Positions 1 through 12,062 of a DNA stretch of 64,000 nucleotides are shown here, in pieces. A model generated the notes under the pieces. That model was not told where the DNA came from. It saw only the letters and a program-made list of their open reading frames with translations, and did no database searches. Positions within the stretch are counted from its first letter, which is position 1. Every line of letters starts with the position of its first letter. The translations under genes were made by a program, and so were the position numbers. Source of the DNA: Chiloscyllium plagiosum (taxonomy: Eukaryota); assembly GCF_004010195.1 (NCBI RefSeq), contig NC_057728.1:54343378-54407377 (forward strand), given 5' to 3'.

Positions 1-637
1 AGCTTCCAACCTAGCTTCCTGAAAGCCTGTCTAACATCCTCGGCACTCCTCCTACCTATGTCGTTGTTGCCAATATGGTCCACGACTTCGGGCTGCTCCC
101 CCTCCCCCTCCAGGACCCGGAAAACACGATCAGAGATGTCACGTACCCTTGCACCTGGGAGGCAACATACCAGACGTGAGTCTCTCTCGTTCCCACAAAC
201 CGCCTATCTGTGCCCCGAACTTTCGAGTCCCCAATTACTACTGCTCTGCTCTTCTTCGCCCTTCCCTTCTGTGTAACGGGGACAGGCTCCGTGCCAGAGA
301 CCTGAGCCCCGTTACTTACCCCTGGTAGGTCATCCCCCCCACAAGTATCCAAAATGGTATACTTGTTCTTGAGGGGAACGGCCGCAGGGGGTCCCTGCAC
401 TGGCTGCTTCCTCCCAGTCCCCCTCACTGTCACCCATCTATCTGCCATCTTTGGAGTTACTACTTCCCTATAACTCTGATCTATGACCCCCTCTGCCTCC
501 CGAATGATCCGAAGTTCATCCAACTCCAGCTCCAGTTCCCTAACACGGTCTTGGAGGAGCTGGAGATGGGTGCACTTCCTGCAAGTGTAATCGGCAGGGA
601 CGTCGATGGCATCCCTCACCTCATACATGTATGGCAT
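1..637 (-). mobile_element. CR1-type LINE ORF1 fragment (zinc finger/coiled coil plus GDSL-esterase-like start)
   Basis: ORF 56..637(-) contains YTCRKCTHLQLLQDRVRELELELDELRII and RAVVIGDSKVRG, typical of CR1 ORF1. Confidence 0.8.
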
Positions 638-654
638 CCCTCACCTCATACATG

Positions 655-772
655 GAAGGGTTTGGAGGGATATAGGCCGGGTGTTATACAGGACTAGATT
701 GGGTTGGGATATCTGGTCGGCATGGACAAGTTGGAAGAAAGGATCTGTTTCCGTGCTGTACATCTTTGACTC
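655..772 (+). mobile_element. CR1 LINE 3' terminal fragment
   Basis: gaagggtttggagggata...gggttgggatatctggtcggcatggac...ctgtttccgtgctgtacatct is the same 3' end seen at 23700-23830 and 38550-38680. Confidence 0.8.
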
Positions 773-2218
773 TGCCTGATAAAACTTGAAATTGTGCCAC
801 TAGTTAAATATTTCAGGGATGTCTCAGGAGACCAGGGAACCTCTGACTCGGGAAAATAGATTGAGCCACAAAGATAAAACAGTCATTGAGGCAGTCTAAG
901 TCGAGAAGTTTTGAGATTGCTTCCAAAACTAGATCCTCAAAAGTGAAGAATGCAAAGAAGACAGTTTTAATGAGATCTGATGACTTAGAACATATTACAC
1001 CTAGGTTGGATCTGTTTTACTTGTATTGGTCATTTAAAGTTCCGTCATGGGAAAGTCAACCACAGTTTGTCAGTTAATTTATATTCACGTCATTATAATT
1101 GTGAATACTTGAGTACAGGTTGTATAGAAATTGAAGATCATTTTGCTTTGCTAACTGTACAGTAAACTTTTATTTATTCAAAATCATGGAATCCTTGTAG
1201 CCTTGCTTTCTGTCCGAGTATCTGTAATCTTGAACTTTGTTTACTTTAAATAAGAATCGTTACTGGTTCCTAACTCGATTCTAACATAAATTTAGGACTC
1301 TTATAACATTTGGGGCAGAGGTGATCTGTAAAAGAGGGACAGATTGCATCTGAACTGGAGGGTAACAAATATCCTGTCAGGGAGGTTTGCTAGTGCTACT
1401 TCAGAGGATTTAAACTAGAGTGGAAAGGGAATGGGAACCAGAGCAGCAGATCAGCTAGTGATGGGATTGAGGGGAAGATGGTTGTTACGACCAGTAAATC
1501 AGAAAGAAAAGACAGGCAGACACAGGTAAATAAACACAATGGTGCTATTGGGCTAAAGTGTGTTTATTTCAATGCAAGGAGTATTAAATGTGAGGCAGAT
1601 GAGCTTCGGGCCTGGATCAGTACATGGGACTATGATGTTCTGGCCATTACACAGATTTGGCTGAGAGAGATATAGGACTGGCTGTTGAACGTTCTAGGGT
1701 TTTTATTGTTTTAGATGAAATAGAGAGAAAGCTAAAGGAGGTGGAGGAATTGCATTAGTAATCGGGGGGTATGTTCCACTCAGAGAAGACATGCTGGAGG
1801 GCTCATCCACTGCGGCAATATGGGTAGAACTCAAAAATAAGTTGGGTGCAATCACTCTGATTGCGTTATATTATAGGCTTCCCAGCAGCCACTGAGAGAT
1901 TGAGGAACAAATATGTGGGTAGATTATGGAAAGATGCAACAACAACAGAGTTGTTACAGTAGCTGACTTTAACTTTCCCAGTATTGACTGGGACTCCCTT
2001 AGAGCTAAGTGCGAATTTAAGTGCATCCAAGAGAGTTTCTTGAAACAGTATGTGGATAGTATAACTAGAGGAGGTGCCATACTGTATCTTGTATTGGCTA
2101 ATGAGACTAGCCAGGTGACTGACCTTTGTGGGAGAGCATTTTGGGTAACAGTGATCACAACTCCTTAAGGTTTTTAAGATAGCTATGAACAGGGATAAGT
2201 CAGGATCTTGCGGGAAGA

Positions 2219-2390
2219 GCTGAAAATGTGTTGCTGGAAAAGCGCAGCAGGTCAGGCAGCATCCAGGGAACAGGAGAATCGACGTTTCGGGCATAAGCCC
2301 TTCTTCAGGAATATTCCCACATTCCTGAAGAAGGGCTTATGCCCGAAACGTCGATGCTGATCTCCAGCATCTGCAGTCCTCACTTTCTCC
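2219..2390. mobile_element. PLE-derived fold-back element, family A, with two intact hammerhead motifs
   Basis: Perfect 35-bp inverted repeat 2278-2312/2321-2355. CUGAAGA-A-GGGC(UUAU)GCCC-GAAACGUC on + (2325-2352) and on - (2281-2308). 13-bp TSD TCTTGCGGGAAGA at 2206-2218 and 2391-2403. Confidence 0.85.
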
Positions 2391-2939
2391 TCTTGCGGGA
2401 AGATACGAGATTGGGGAAGGGCAAATAACATCAGCATTAGGCAGGAACTAAGGAGTATTAATTGGGAGCAGCCGTTATCAGACAAGTCCAAATTTGACAT
2501 GTGGGACTTGTTCAAAGATCTGGAGAGAGTTCAAGATCAGCATATTCCCATAAGGAGGAAGGATAACAAGGTAAGGGACCCTTGGTTAATGAGGGAAGTT
2601 GTGAATTTAGTCAAAAAGGAAAAAGAAGCAAATATAAAGTTTAGGAAGCTAAAATCAGACAGGGCCCATGTGGAATATAATGAAAACAGGAAAGTACTCA
2701 AGCAAGAAATTAGGAGAGCAAGAAGGGGCCATGAAATGACCTTGGCCAATAGGGTTAAAGAGAATCCCGAGGCATTCTGTAGATACATTACAAACAAGAT
2801 GATAACTAGGGAGAAGGTAAAGAAGATTCCAAGATAAAGAAGGGAACTTATGTTTGGAGGCAGAGAATGTTGTGAGATCATAAATGAGTAGTTTGTGTCA
2901 GTATTCACCCAGGCAGAGGATATGGAAGATAATGAGATT

Positions 2940-4188
2940 CAGCAGAAACTGAAACACTTGATCAGCGGATCCAGACACTCTATACAATCAACACAGGAAT
3001 TCTTGGACATCATCAGAAATATACACATAGACAAGGAAGAAACCATGGTCTCATTCGACGTAACAGCATTGTTCACGTCTATTGACAAAGCCCTAGCCAG
3101 AGAAACAATAGCCAACCTGCTGAACAGACAGAACAGACAACAGGANNNNNNNNNNNNNNNNNNNNNNNNNNNNNNNNNNNNNNNNNNNNNNNNNNNNNNN
3201 NNNNNNNNNNNNNNNNNNNNNNNNNNNNNNNNNNNNNNNNNNNNNNNNNNNNNNNNNNNNNNNNNNNNNNNNNNNNNNNNNNNNNNNNNNNNNNNNNNNN
3301 NNNNNNNNNNNNNNNNNNNNNNNNNNNNNNNNNNNNNNNNNNNNNNNNNNNNNNNNNNNNNNNNNNNNNNNNNNNNNNNNNNNNNNNNNNNNNNNNNNNN
3401 NNNNNNNNNNNNNNNNNNNNNNNNNNNNNNNNNNNNNNNNNNNNNNNNNNNNNNNNNNNNNNNNNNNNNNNNNNNNNNNNNNNNNNNNNNNNNNNNNNNN
3501 NNNNNNNNNNNNNNNNNNNNNNNNNNNNNNNNNNNNNNNNNNNNNNNNNNNNNNNNNNNNNNNNNNNNNNNNNNNNNNNNNNNNNNNNNNNNNNNNNNNN
3601 NNNNNNNNNNNNNNNNNNNNNNNNNNNNNNNNNNNNNNNNNNNNNNNNNNNNNNNNNNNNNNNNNNNNNNNNNNNNNNNNNNNNNNNNNNNNNNNNNNNN
3701 NNNNNNNNNNNNNNNNNNNNNNNNNNNNNNNNNNNNNNNNNNNNNNNNNNNNNNNNNNNNNNNNNNNNNNNNNNNNNNNNNNNNNNNNNNNNNNNNNNNN
3801 NNNNNNNNNNNNNNNNNNNNNNNNNNNNNNNNNNNNNNNNNNNNNNNNNNNNNNNNNNNNNNNNNNNNNNNNNNNNNNNNNNGACCTAGAAACTATTCTC
3901 GATTGTCAGGAAAACCCATCTGGTCCACTAATGATCTTTAGGGAAGGAAGCATGGCACTCATCCACAAACTCCATCAACAAACACATAGACCTGGACCCA
4001 ATATACCGGCCACTACAGCGGACAGCTGAAACTGACAACCGGAAGCGGCAGGGACAGGCCACTATAAATGCCGGAGGAAAAACCACAGAAGCGCTTCACA
4101 GGAGGCTCCCAAGCACTGAGGATGTCACCTAGACAGGGGACGAAACGTCTGCAACAAAAACTTCCAGCTCGGCGAACAGAACCACAGC
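2940..4188 (+). mobile_element. 5'-truncated Penelope-like retroelement (RT fragment, C-terminal fragment, 3' end with hammerhead motif)
   Basis: RT segment ...IQSTQEFLDII...MVSFDVTALFTSI is PLE-type. After the N gap, EAWHSSTNSINKHIDLDPIY resembles the end of a GIY-YIG region. Perfect 12-bp TSD GATAATGAGATT at 2928-2939 and 4189-4200. Confidence 0.85.
4113..4152 (+). ncRNA. Minimal type I hammerhead ribozyme motif (coding PLE)
   Basis: GCA-CUGAGGA-U-GUCACCU(AGAC)AGGGGAC-GAAA-CG-UC-UGC: intact core, stem II, palindromic ACGU, and stem I GCA/UGC. Confidence 0.75.
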
Positions 4189-5704
4189 GATAATGAGATT
4201 TGTGTGGAGCATGCTAATATGCTAGAGAATTTTGAGATCAAGAAAGAAGTGGTGTTGGATCTTTTGAAGACCATCAAGGTGGATAACTTTCCAGGGCCCA
4301 ATGGTATCAACCCCAGGGTTTGAGAGAGGCAAGAGAGGAGATTGATGGGAAATTGACCAAGATCTTTGAATCCTCACTAACCACTGGAGAGGTCCCAGAG
4401 GACTGGCAGGTAGCTAACGTTGTTCCTCTGTTCAAGAAGGGAAATAGGGATAATCTAGAAAACTATAGACCAGTGAATCTCACATCAGTGGTTGGGAAGC
4501 TGTTGGAGAGAATTCTTAGGGATAGGATTTATGTGCATTTGGAAAAGAATGGCCTAATTAGGGACAGTCAGTATGGCTTTGTGCAGGGCAGATCATGCCT
4601 TACTAACTTGATAGAATTTTTCAAGGAGGTGACGAAGGTGATCAATAAGGGTAGAGCAGTGAATGTTGCTTACGTGGATTTTGGTAAGGCTTTCAACAAG
4701 GTCCCTAATGGTAGACTCATTCAGAAGATTAAGGTGCATGGGATCCACAGTGGCTTGGCCGCATTCAGAACTGATTTGCCCAAAGATGACAGAGGGTAGT
4801 GGTTTTTCTGGCTGGAGGTCTATGAATAGTGGTGTTACTCCAAGATCTATACTTCTGCTGTTTGCGATACATACCAATGACTTCGATAAAAATGTAAATG
4901 GGTGGGTCAGTAAGTTTTGCAGACGATGCAAAGATCAGTGGAGTTGTGGATAGCTTAGAAGGTTGTCAAAGGATACAACGGGATATAGATCATTTGCAGA
5001 TGTGAGTGGAGAAATGGCAGGTGGAGTTTAATCCAGGTAAGTGTGAAGTGCGGCACTTTGGAAGATCAAATGTCAAGAAAAAACATACAGTTAAATGGCA
5101 GGACCCTGAACAGCATTGATGTACAGAAGGATCTTGGGGTTCAGGTTCCTAGTTCCCTGGAAGTAGCCAAGCAGGTAGATAGGGTGATAAAGAAGGCTTA
5201 TAGCATGCTTGCCTTCATTTATTGGGGAATTTAGTACAAGAGTCAGGATGTCATGTTGCATCTTTATCAGACTTTGGTTATGCCACACTTAGAGTACTGT
5301 GCTCAATTCTGGTTGCCATATTACAGGAAGGATGTGGAGGCGTTGGAGAATGTGCAGAAGAGGTTTACCAGGATGCTGCCTGGATTAGAGAGCTATAAGG
5401 AAGGCTAGAAAAACTCGTGTTGTTTTCTCTTGAGCAGCAGAGGCTGAGGGGAGGCTTGATAGACGTCTATAATATTATCAGATGCGTAGATAGGGTGGAT
5501 GGTCAGATCCTTTTCCCAGAGGTAAAATGTCTAATACTAAGGGGCATGCATTTAAGGTTAGAGGGGGAGAGTTCAAAGGAGACATGAGGGGCCGGTTTTT
5601 TTTTTAGAGAGTGGTAGGTGTCTGGAACTTTACTGCTCGGAGTAGTGATGGAGGCAGATACAATAGAGGGATTTAAGGGACCACTAGCTAAGCATGTGAA
5701 TATA

Positions 5705-5853
5705 TCTTGAGAGTTCTTATACTCCACAACCACCTGATGAAGGAGCAATACTCCAAAAGCTTAGTGCTTCCAAATAAACCTGTTGGACTATAACCTGATG
5801 TTGTGTGATTTTTAACTTTGTACACCCCAGTCCAACACCGGCATCTCCAAATC
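5705..5853 (+). mobile_element. PLE-derived element, family B (degenerate hammerhead motif at 5734)
   Basis: accacCTGATGAaggagcaatactccaaaagcttagtg...aaataaacctgttggactataacc...ccccagtccaacacc; the same sequence recurs at 24050, 24680, 25470 and 61040. Confidence 0.75.
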
Positions 5854-7783
5854 ACGAAAATGCAAGGTATGGAGGGATATGAACCAAGGGCAGACAGGAA
5901 GGGATTTGTTTCATTTGGCGTCATGGTCGGCACAAAATCGTGGGCCGAAGGGCCCGTTCCTGTACAGTACAGTTCCATTTATAACATGATGCAAGTGCAG
6001 ATTCCCATAATGTCAAATCAATCTAGTATCTTTGCTTTTATTTTTCATTAGAAGGAATGTTAGTGCTGCTGGAGTCTGGAAACTATTCTTGCACAACCTT
6101 TAGCAACCTCACATTAAATTTGTTGTGGTAGTCTCAAAGCAGTCTTTTTGAGGGACACAACTTTACTTTGAGTTTGTCAGTGCCTTTATGTGACCTTTGT
6201 AAAGATGGCAGGAGGTGTTTCCTGGACACACGAGAAGCTGTGTACTACAGGAAAAGCTCTTCAATAGTTTGGAAGAGTGTGCAAACTTCAGTGATAGCTA
6301 CAAACCTGGAAAACAAAGTGACAACTAGCACATTGCAAGTAGTAAATTAAGGATAAATGCAAAGATATGATCTACCTTGCAGTATCCTGGAGCCTGGAAG
6401 CTGTCCCTGCACAGCCTTCTAGTACCCCAGATTAAATTTGATAGATTTGTTGCGGTAGTCACTAGAGGTCTCTTTGAGGGAAGAAAATGGGCATCCAGCA
6501 ACTTTATTTTGAGTTTGTCAGTGAATCTCCAAAGTAATAGCCGTTACCAATGTTTTACATAGTAAGAGTAAAGATGCAAGGCAATATAGTTTGTGCACTT
6601 TCTCTTTAAGTGCAGGACGTGAGTTAACATTTTAGTACTGACTGGTCAGAGGTGCAATCTTTAGGGTGTGACATTAAACTGAGACGCTATCTGCCATCTT
6701 GGGTGGATGCAAAAAGATCTTTTGCCACTATTTTAAAAACTGGCAAAGGAATATTTACAATGGTTTATCCTGCAATAAATGTAATTATGTCAAAATTGAG
6801 CAGTTTTAATGAAATAAATCGGAAGGTCTATTTTCACCATATGATTAATGACTAATAACTGAGGGTAAATCATCAGTGTGGGAAAGGTTACAAGACCGGA
6901 CTCCTTCGGAGTGCTGGCAGAAGGAGTTTACTAACAGAAATAATAGTGAAGGCAGCATCAACAAAGCTTTAAAATTTGTGGAAGAGAAATTTGAAAGGAT
7001 GTGTTTGAAGTGTGTTTATTTTATGAGGCTCATGATCACAGTTGGCTAATATATGGAGTTGACAATTTATAGCAGTTTTCTTATTGTTTGTTGGGCTTTT
7101 TTAAGCAGCAGTTTAGATTTGGTCTATTAGTTATTTAGACAAAGAAAGCTTTATTGTGGTGGACAGAATAGAGTGTTCAGTTCATCCAGAGATCGATGTC
7201 ATTAAGAGTTCTTAACGCCTGGCGGAGTCATCCATGACAGTAATATTGGAGAGTGGAACCAGACAAAATGCAATCCCAGTCCTCAACAGCAATTCAGGCT
7301 GAAGTTGTGATATCAGCAACTATGATGGTGGATGAGGGCTATCGAGTAGGGAGATCCCCAGGCATCAAGGCTTCCTTGCCATTGGAACTGGATCTACTTT
7401 CAGTCAAGGACCATGTTGTCTGTAAATATGTAGCAGCATTCCAAAAGTTAAGATGTTCTGCACAATTCATCCTCCCATACCTCAGTGGATGATGACACTG
7501 TTAGTGATTGAATCATCATGGTCTGCATTCAAAGGAAGTATAAACCCCTGAGAAGTGAGAGTGCTTGGGAGAAGCAGAAGTGATTGTTTTGAAATAGTAG
7601 AGCACTCGCCCCTGATCTTGTGCAGTCTTTGGTTGGTAACAGCCTTTGCTCTTCCCTCAGGCTGTTGCAGAAAATGGTGGCTTCTTACCCTCGATCTTCT
7701 TGCTCCTCATATCTCCTCAGCTATCCCTGTTGATATGCCTTATTTTGGAAGGTTGGAAATCTATGCTGTGTCAGTCACCTAAA

Positions 7784-8075
7784 GGATGGCACAGTGGCTC
7801 AGTGGTTAGCACTGCTGCCTCACAGCACCAGGGTCCCAGGTTCGATTCCAGCCTCGGGTGACTGTGTGGAGTTTGCACATTCACCCAGTGTCTGCACGGA
7901 TTTCCTTCCACAATCCATAGGTGTGCAGGTCAGGTGAATTGGCCGTGCTAAATTGCTCATAATGTTAGGTGCATTAGTGAGAGGGAAATGGGACTGGGTG
8001 GTTTACTCTTCGACGGGTTGGTGTGGACTTGTTGGGCCGAAGGGCCTGTTTCCACACTGTAGGGAATCTAATCTA
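7784..8075 (+). mobile_element. tRNA-derived SINE, HE1/V-SINE-like
   Basis: Pol III A box TGGCTCAGTGG 7795-7805, B box GGTTCGATTCC 7839-7849, central tgtgtggagtttgcac domain, CR1-like tail ending (aatct)n. Partial copies at about 8850-8975, 14410-14570, 27620-27830(-) and 41135-41250(-). Confidence 0.85.
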
Positions 8076-10504
8076 AACCCTCTTAGCCATTGTCATGGGT
8101 AGCTACTCATGAGATCAGGCTGACCATTGTCCCTTTGCCCACCTGCATTCAAAGGTTAGTTTTCACTCTTTCGAAGGCCAAAACCTCCTTATTTGCCTAA
8201 ACATTGCATTTATAATAGGATAGTATGATGGCTGATAAATCTTTTGTTACTTATACAAGGCTAGTTACTACTGTAACACCAGTTAAGTGAAGTCTCATGC
8301 TACACAGAAAATATTAAATACAGTTTTAAAGGGGACCCCAGTTTCCAATAGGTGTTATGCTTATGGTATTTTCTAAACAACAGATGAGAGGAAATAAATC
8401 AGAGGGATAATCAAGCTATTCAGACCAAAACAAGGCATACTTTATGGTGATCTTACACAACATTGTTTTAACATTCCAAAAGGGAGACATTTAGTTTAAT
8501 ATGAATGTGATGAAGATCATAACGAGCAAATGTTAGAATATGTCCAATGTCATGCAAATCCATAGATATTAGAGTCCTGAAAGGTTTTGCTGAGAAAAAG
8601 GATTTGTGTCTCATTCATCAGGGCAAGTGCAAGAATACCAAATCTCAAGGGGAACAATAATTCACACTGCATGAGAAACAGCACTGATTTGTTGGCAAGT
8701 GGGCTGTGTTCAATGCATTGACTCAACAGAGTATACTTGCCACCCAGTCATGCAGTATACTTTGCTTTTCCCTTTGTATTGCAGTCATCAGGACTGACTT
8801 AAGAGTTTCAACAGTACTCAAGTTCTATACTACCATGAAAAGTTCATCCCACAGGCGACTGACTGTGTGGAGTTTGCGCATTCTCCCCGTGTCTGGATGG
8901 GTTGCTCTTCGGTGGGTCGGTGTGGACTTGTTGGGCCGAAGGGCCTGTTTCCACACTGTAAGTAATCTAATTTAATAATCTTATATTAAGTAAATATTTT
9001 TATAATTGAGCAGATAGGAGCCATTTTCAAAACCTGTACATTTCCTACTTACAGAAGATAAATATTCTTTGAATATTCATTGTTGTCATAAGCATAAGTT
9101 GCAGTTAAATCTCTATTATTTTACTTCATGGATTTCCATTTATTTTATAAGTTCATTGACCTTGTTAAGTCAACAGACAGGGAATATTGTTGAAACTCAC
9201 TCTGTTGCTGCTAGCCTTACTCAGAACATGACGAAAGAAATCCAGAGCTAGTATCTCTTACCACCTCACACTGCAGTGACATAAAGGAGCTTGAATCCTT
9301 ATTGCACTTTCCATAATTGCATAGGTTTGCAAAGCCTTGCTGGCCAATAAAACACTCCTGAATTGAAATCTCGGTTGTAACATAGAGAAATGTGCTCATT
9401 TCCATGCAGCCAAGGCCTCTCAAACAGTACTGAAACAGTTTAGGTGGTGTGTTTAAGTGATGAATATTGATCAGGACGTGGGGAGAACCATTTTGCTGTT
9501 CAGATAGTACTATAGGATTTTATAATGTCCAAAGCTACTTGGTTTACCATCCCATCTGAAAGACAAGATCCCAATGACAGTATCGAGCAATTCAGTACTG
9601 TATTTAAATACCAGATAAATTAGTTGTTTTAGAATAGATCTGATTGTATAATGGTAACATCCCTACCTCTGTGCCAGAAGTTCTGGGTTTTAGTACCATT
9701 TCTGGATTTGATGTTCGCAAAATGTGCATTCATAAAGTGGCCCGAGTGTCGGCCTATAAATCCTATCAATACAGCTGATGACAAGAGGTATGAGTAGAAA
9801 GGTTTCTTGGACAGACATCCTACAGAAACCAATGGCAAACCACTGTTAGGTTTGCCAAACATAACCATGAACAACCCAATGGAAGTCCGTGGTCACTAAT
9901 GCTCTCATAGAGCTGGTACCTGAAAAGAGAAAATATAATCTGGAATTGCCTTCAAGATCCTCACCTCTGAGTCAGAGCTATCTCTGTGCCATAGCTGCCA
10001 TCTTAAACATGTTTAACTATCTAAATCTAGATATTGCCACGAGTGGATTGACTCTTGCAAATGAACTCGGGATATTAATTTATTGACATGATTAGGAGAT
10101 AGCCAGTCAAATTTGTCAAAATACAGTCAAAGCTGATCAAGGACCCTGAATTCAGTTCTTTTTGTAAAACTGGACTGCACATTTTTCAGTTTGCTAAAAA
10201 GTTATTCTTGCTCAGCAACAAATGTTAAAACAGCAAAACAGAAATTGCTGGAGTAATGCAGCAGCTCTGGCAGCATCTGTCCAATGATCCTTCATCAGAA
10301 CTGTGCTGTTCTGAAGCATTAGCTCAACATGTTAACTCTGTGCTCTCTCCACAGATACTGCCAGACCTGCTGAGTTTCTCCAGCAATTTCTGTTTTAGCA
10401 TCTGCAATTCTTTGTTTTATTTTGACTTTTAAACAGCATTGCAGTAACTCAAAAGTAAAGATATAAAAAAATGAGTTTTTGAAAGCAATATTTAAGGTCT
10501 GTAA

Positions 10505-10850
10505 GTAGAACATAGAAGAATACAGCGCAGTACAGGCCCTTCGGCCCTCGATGTTGCGCCGATCCAAGCCCACCTAACCTACACTAGCCCACTATCCTCC
10601 ATATGCCTATCCAATGCCCACTTAAATGCCCATAATGAGGGAGAGTCCACCACTGCTACTGGCAGGGCATTCCATGAACTCACGACTCGCTGAGTAAAGA
10701 ACCTATCCCTAACATCTGTCCTATACCTACCACCCCTTAATTTAAAGCTATGCCCCCTTGTAATAGCTGACTCCATACGTGGAAAAAGATTCTCACTGTC
10801 GACCTTATCTAAACCCCTAATTATCTTGTAGACTATTAACATAGCATTCA
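10505..10850 (-). mobile_element. CR1 LINE 3' end
   Basis: ORF 10579..10851(-) VYKIIRGLDKVD...TRGHSFKL...FFTQRVVSSWNALP is the CR1 ORF2 C-terminus. Confidence 0.85.
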
Positions 10851-11664
10851 TTACGAGTGCTATTTCAGTTAAAATCCTAACTTAGGTGTACTCTTCTTTT
10901 GATTAATAATAAGTTGTAATTTTTTTTCAGTCCCTGCCACAAACTCATTACAGTAGACAGCCCAGATAACATAGACTTTGGCTTTAAGCTCAAAGAAAAA
11001 TAGACCTATTGCCAGTTTCCAATTGTGTATGCAACTGGAAAAGAAAGATTTACTATGTGCACATGTCTGAAAATATCGTTGTGAATTTGTAACTTGTAGT
11101 TTCTTACTCTTAAACTATTGAGCTAGTTTGATATTCCTTTGTTTGCAACTTATTTGTCTCATTCCCGAATATATGGGTCCGGGTCTCTTGCTCTCATCAG
11201 AAGTTCATTGATCTAGTGTATGAAATATTCTTAAATGGAAATCTGGAGATCTGTTTGTTTTCTCTTCCTTCCAATTTCTCAGGAGACAATAGTGTCAATA
11301 TTGCCTGGTACAAAACAACAAGCTGTTTAAACTTTAACTTGGACGAAAAGATTAATTGTCATATGGTAGAAACAGCAACAAAAAGCTGGACTATGAAATA
11401 TGGAGGGATGTGTTCATTTCTGGCAATCAAACTTTCGGAAAGGTGTTAAGAGCTTGGAGAGGGTATAAGAGATTTGTTGGAAAGGTTTTCATGGATGAGA
11501 CCCTTCAGTTGTATGGGGAGATTGGAGAAGTTGAGGTTCTCTTTCATAAAGCTGAGAAGGTTCATGGGAAATTTGATGAAGCTGTTTAAAAATGTTGTTT
11601 CAGAAGAATAAAAGACTCTGTTTCTTAAGACAGGAGAGTCAGTAATCAGAGATCCCTGAAGCAT

Positions 11665-12062
11665 CAGAGGCTTAGAGGTGAGCTTAGCGGTTTATAAAGT
11701 CATCATGAGGAGCATGGATAGGGTAAATAGAAAAGGTCTTTTCCCAGGGGTGAGGGAATCCAAAACTGGAGGGCATAGGTTTAGGGTGAGAGGGGAAAGA
11801 TATAAAAGGGACCTAAGGGGCAACTTTCCACACAGAGGGTGGGACCTATGTTGAGTTAGTTGCCAGACGAAGTGGTGGAAGATGATACAATTACAACATT
11901 TTTAAAAAGGTATCTGGATGGGTACATGAATAAGAAGGGTTTAGAGGGATATGGACCAAATGCTGGCAAATTGGACTAGATTAATTTAGGGTATCTGGTC
12001 GGCATGGACAAGTTGGACTGAAGGGTCTGTTTCCGTACTGAATATCTCTATAACTCTACGAC
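11665..12062 (+). mobile_element. CR1 LINE 3' end nested in an older CR1 remnant (11340-12190)
   Basis: Matches the 23430-23830 CR1 end; (ctctatga)-type tail. Confidence 0.8.

Larger units (their letters stand above)
1310..5985 (+). mobile_element. Degenerate near-full-length CR1 LINE (ORF1 end, APE endonuclease, RT, 3' tail) with three nested insertions
   Basis: APE start YFNARSIK...WDYDVLAITQIWL; RT motifs YRPVNLTSVVGKLLE, SQYGFVQGRSCLTNLIEFF, VDFGKAFNKVP; many stops and frameshifts. Insertions at 2219-2390, 2940-4188 and about 5705-5853. Confidence 0.9.

Noticed and set aside
775..1308. Possible solo LTR
   Set aside because: Only a vague TG...CA and compositional resemblance; no TSD or second copy was found.
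7784..7860. tRNA gene
   Set aside because: The A and B boxes belong to a SINE head followed by SINE body and tail; no complete cloverleaf or oligo-T terminator is evident.
8570..8830. Possible fifth hammerhead-bearing repeat (tcatcagg twice, reading CUGAUGA on the - strand)
   Set aside because: Stem II and GAAA could not be reconstructed convincingly; too degenerate to call.
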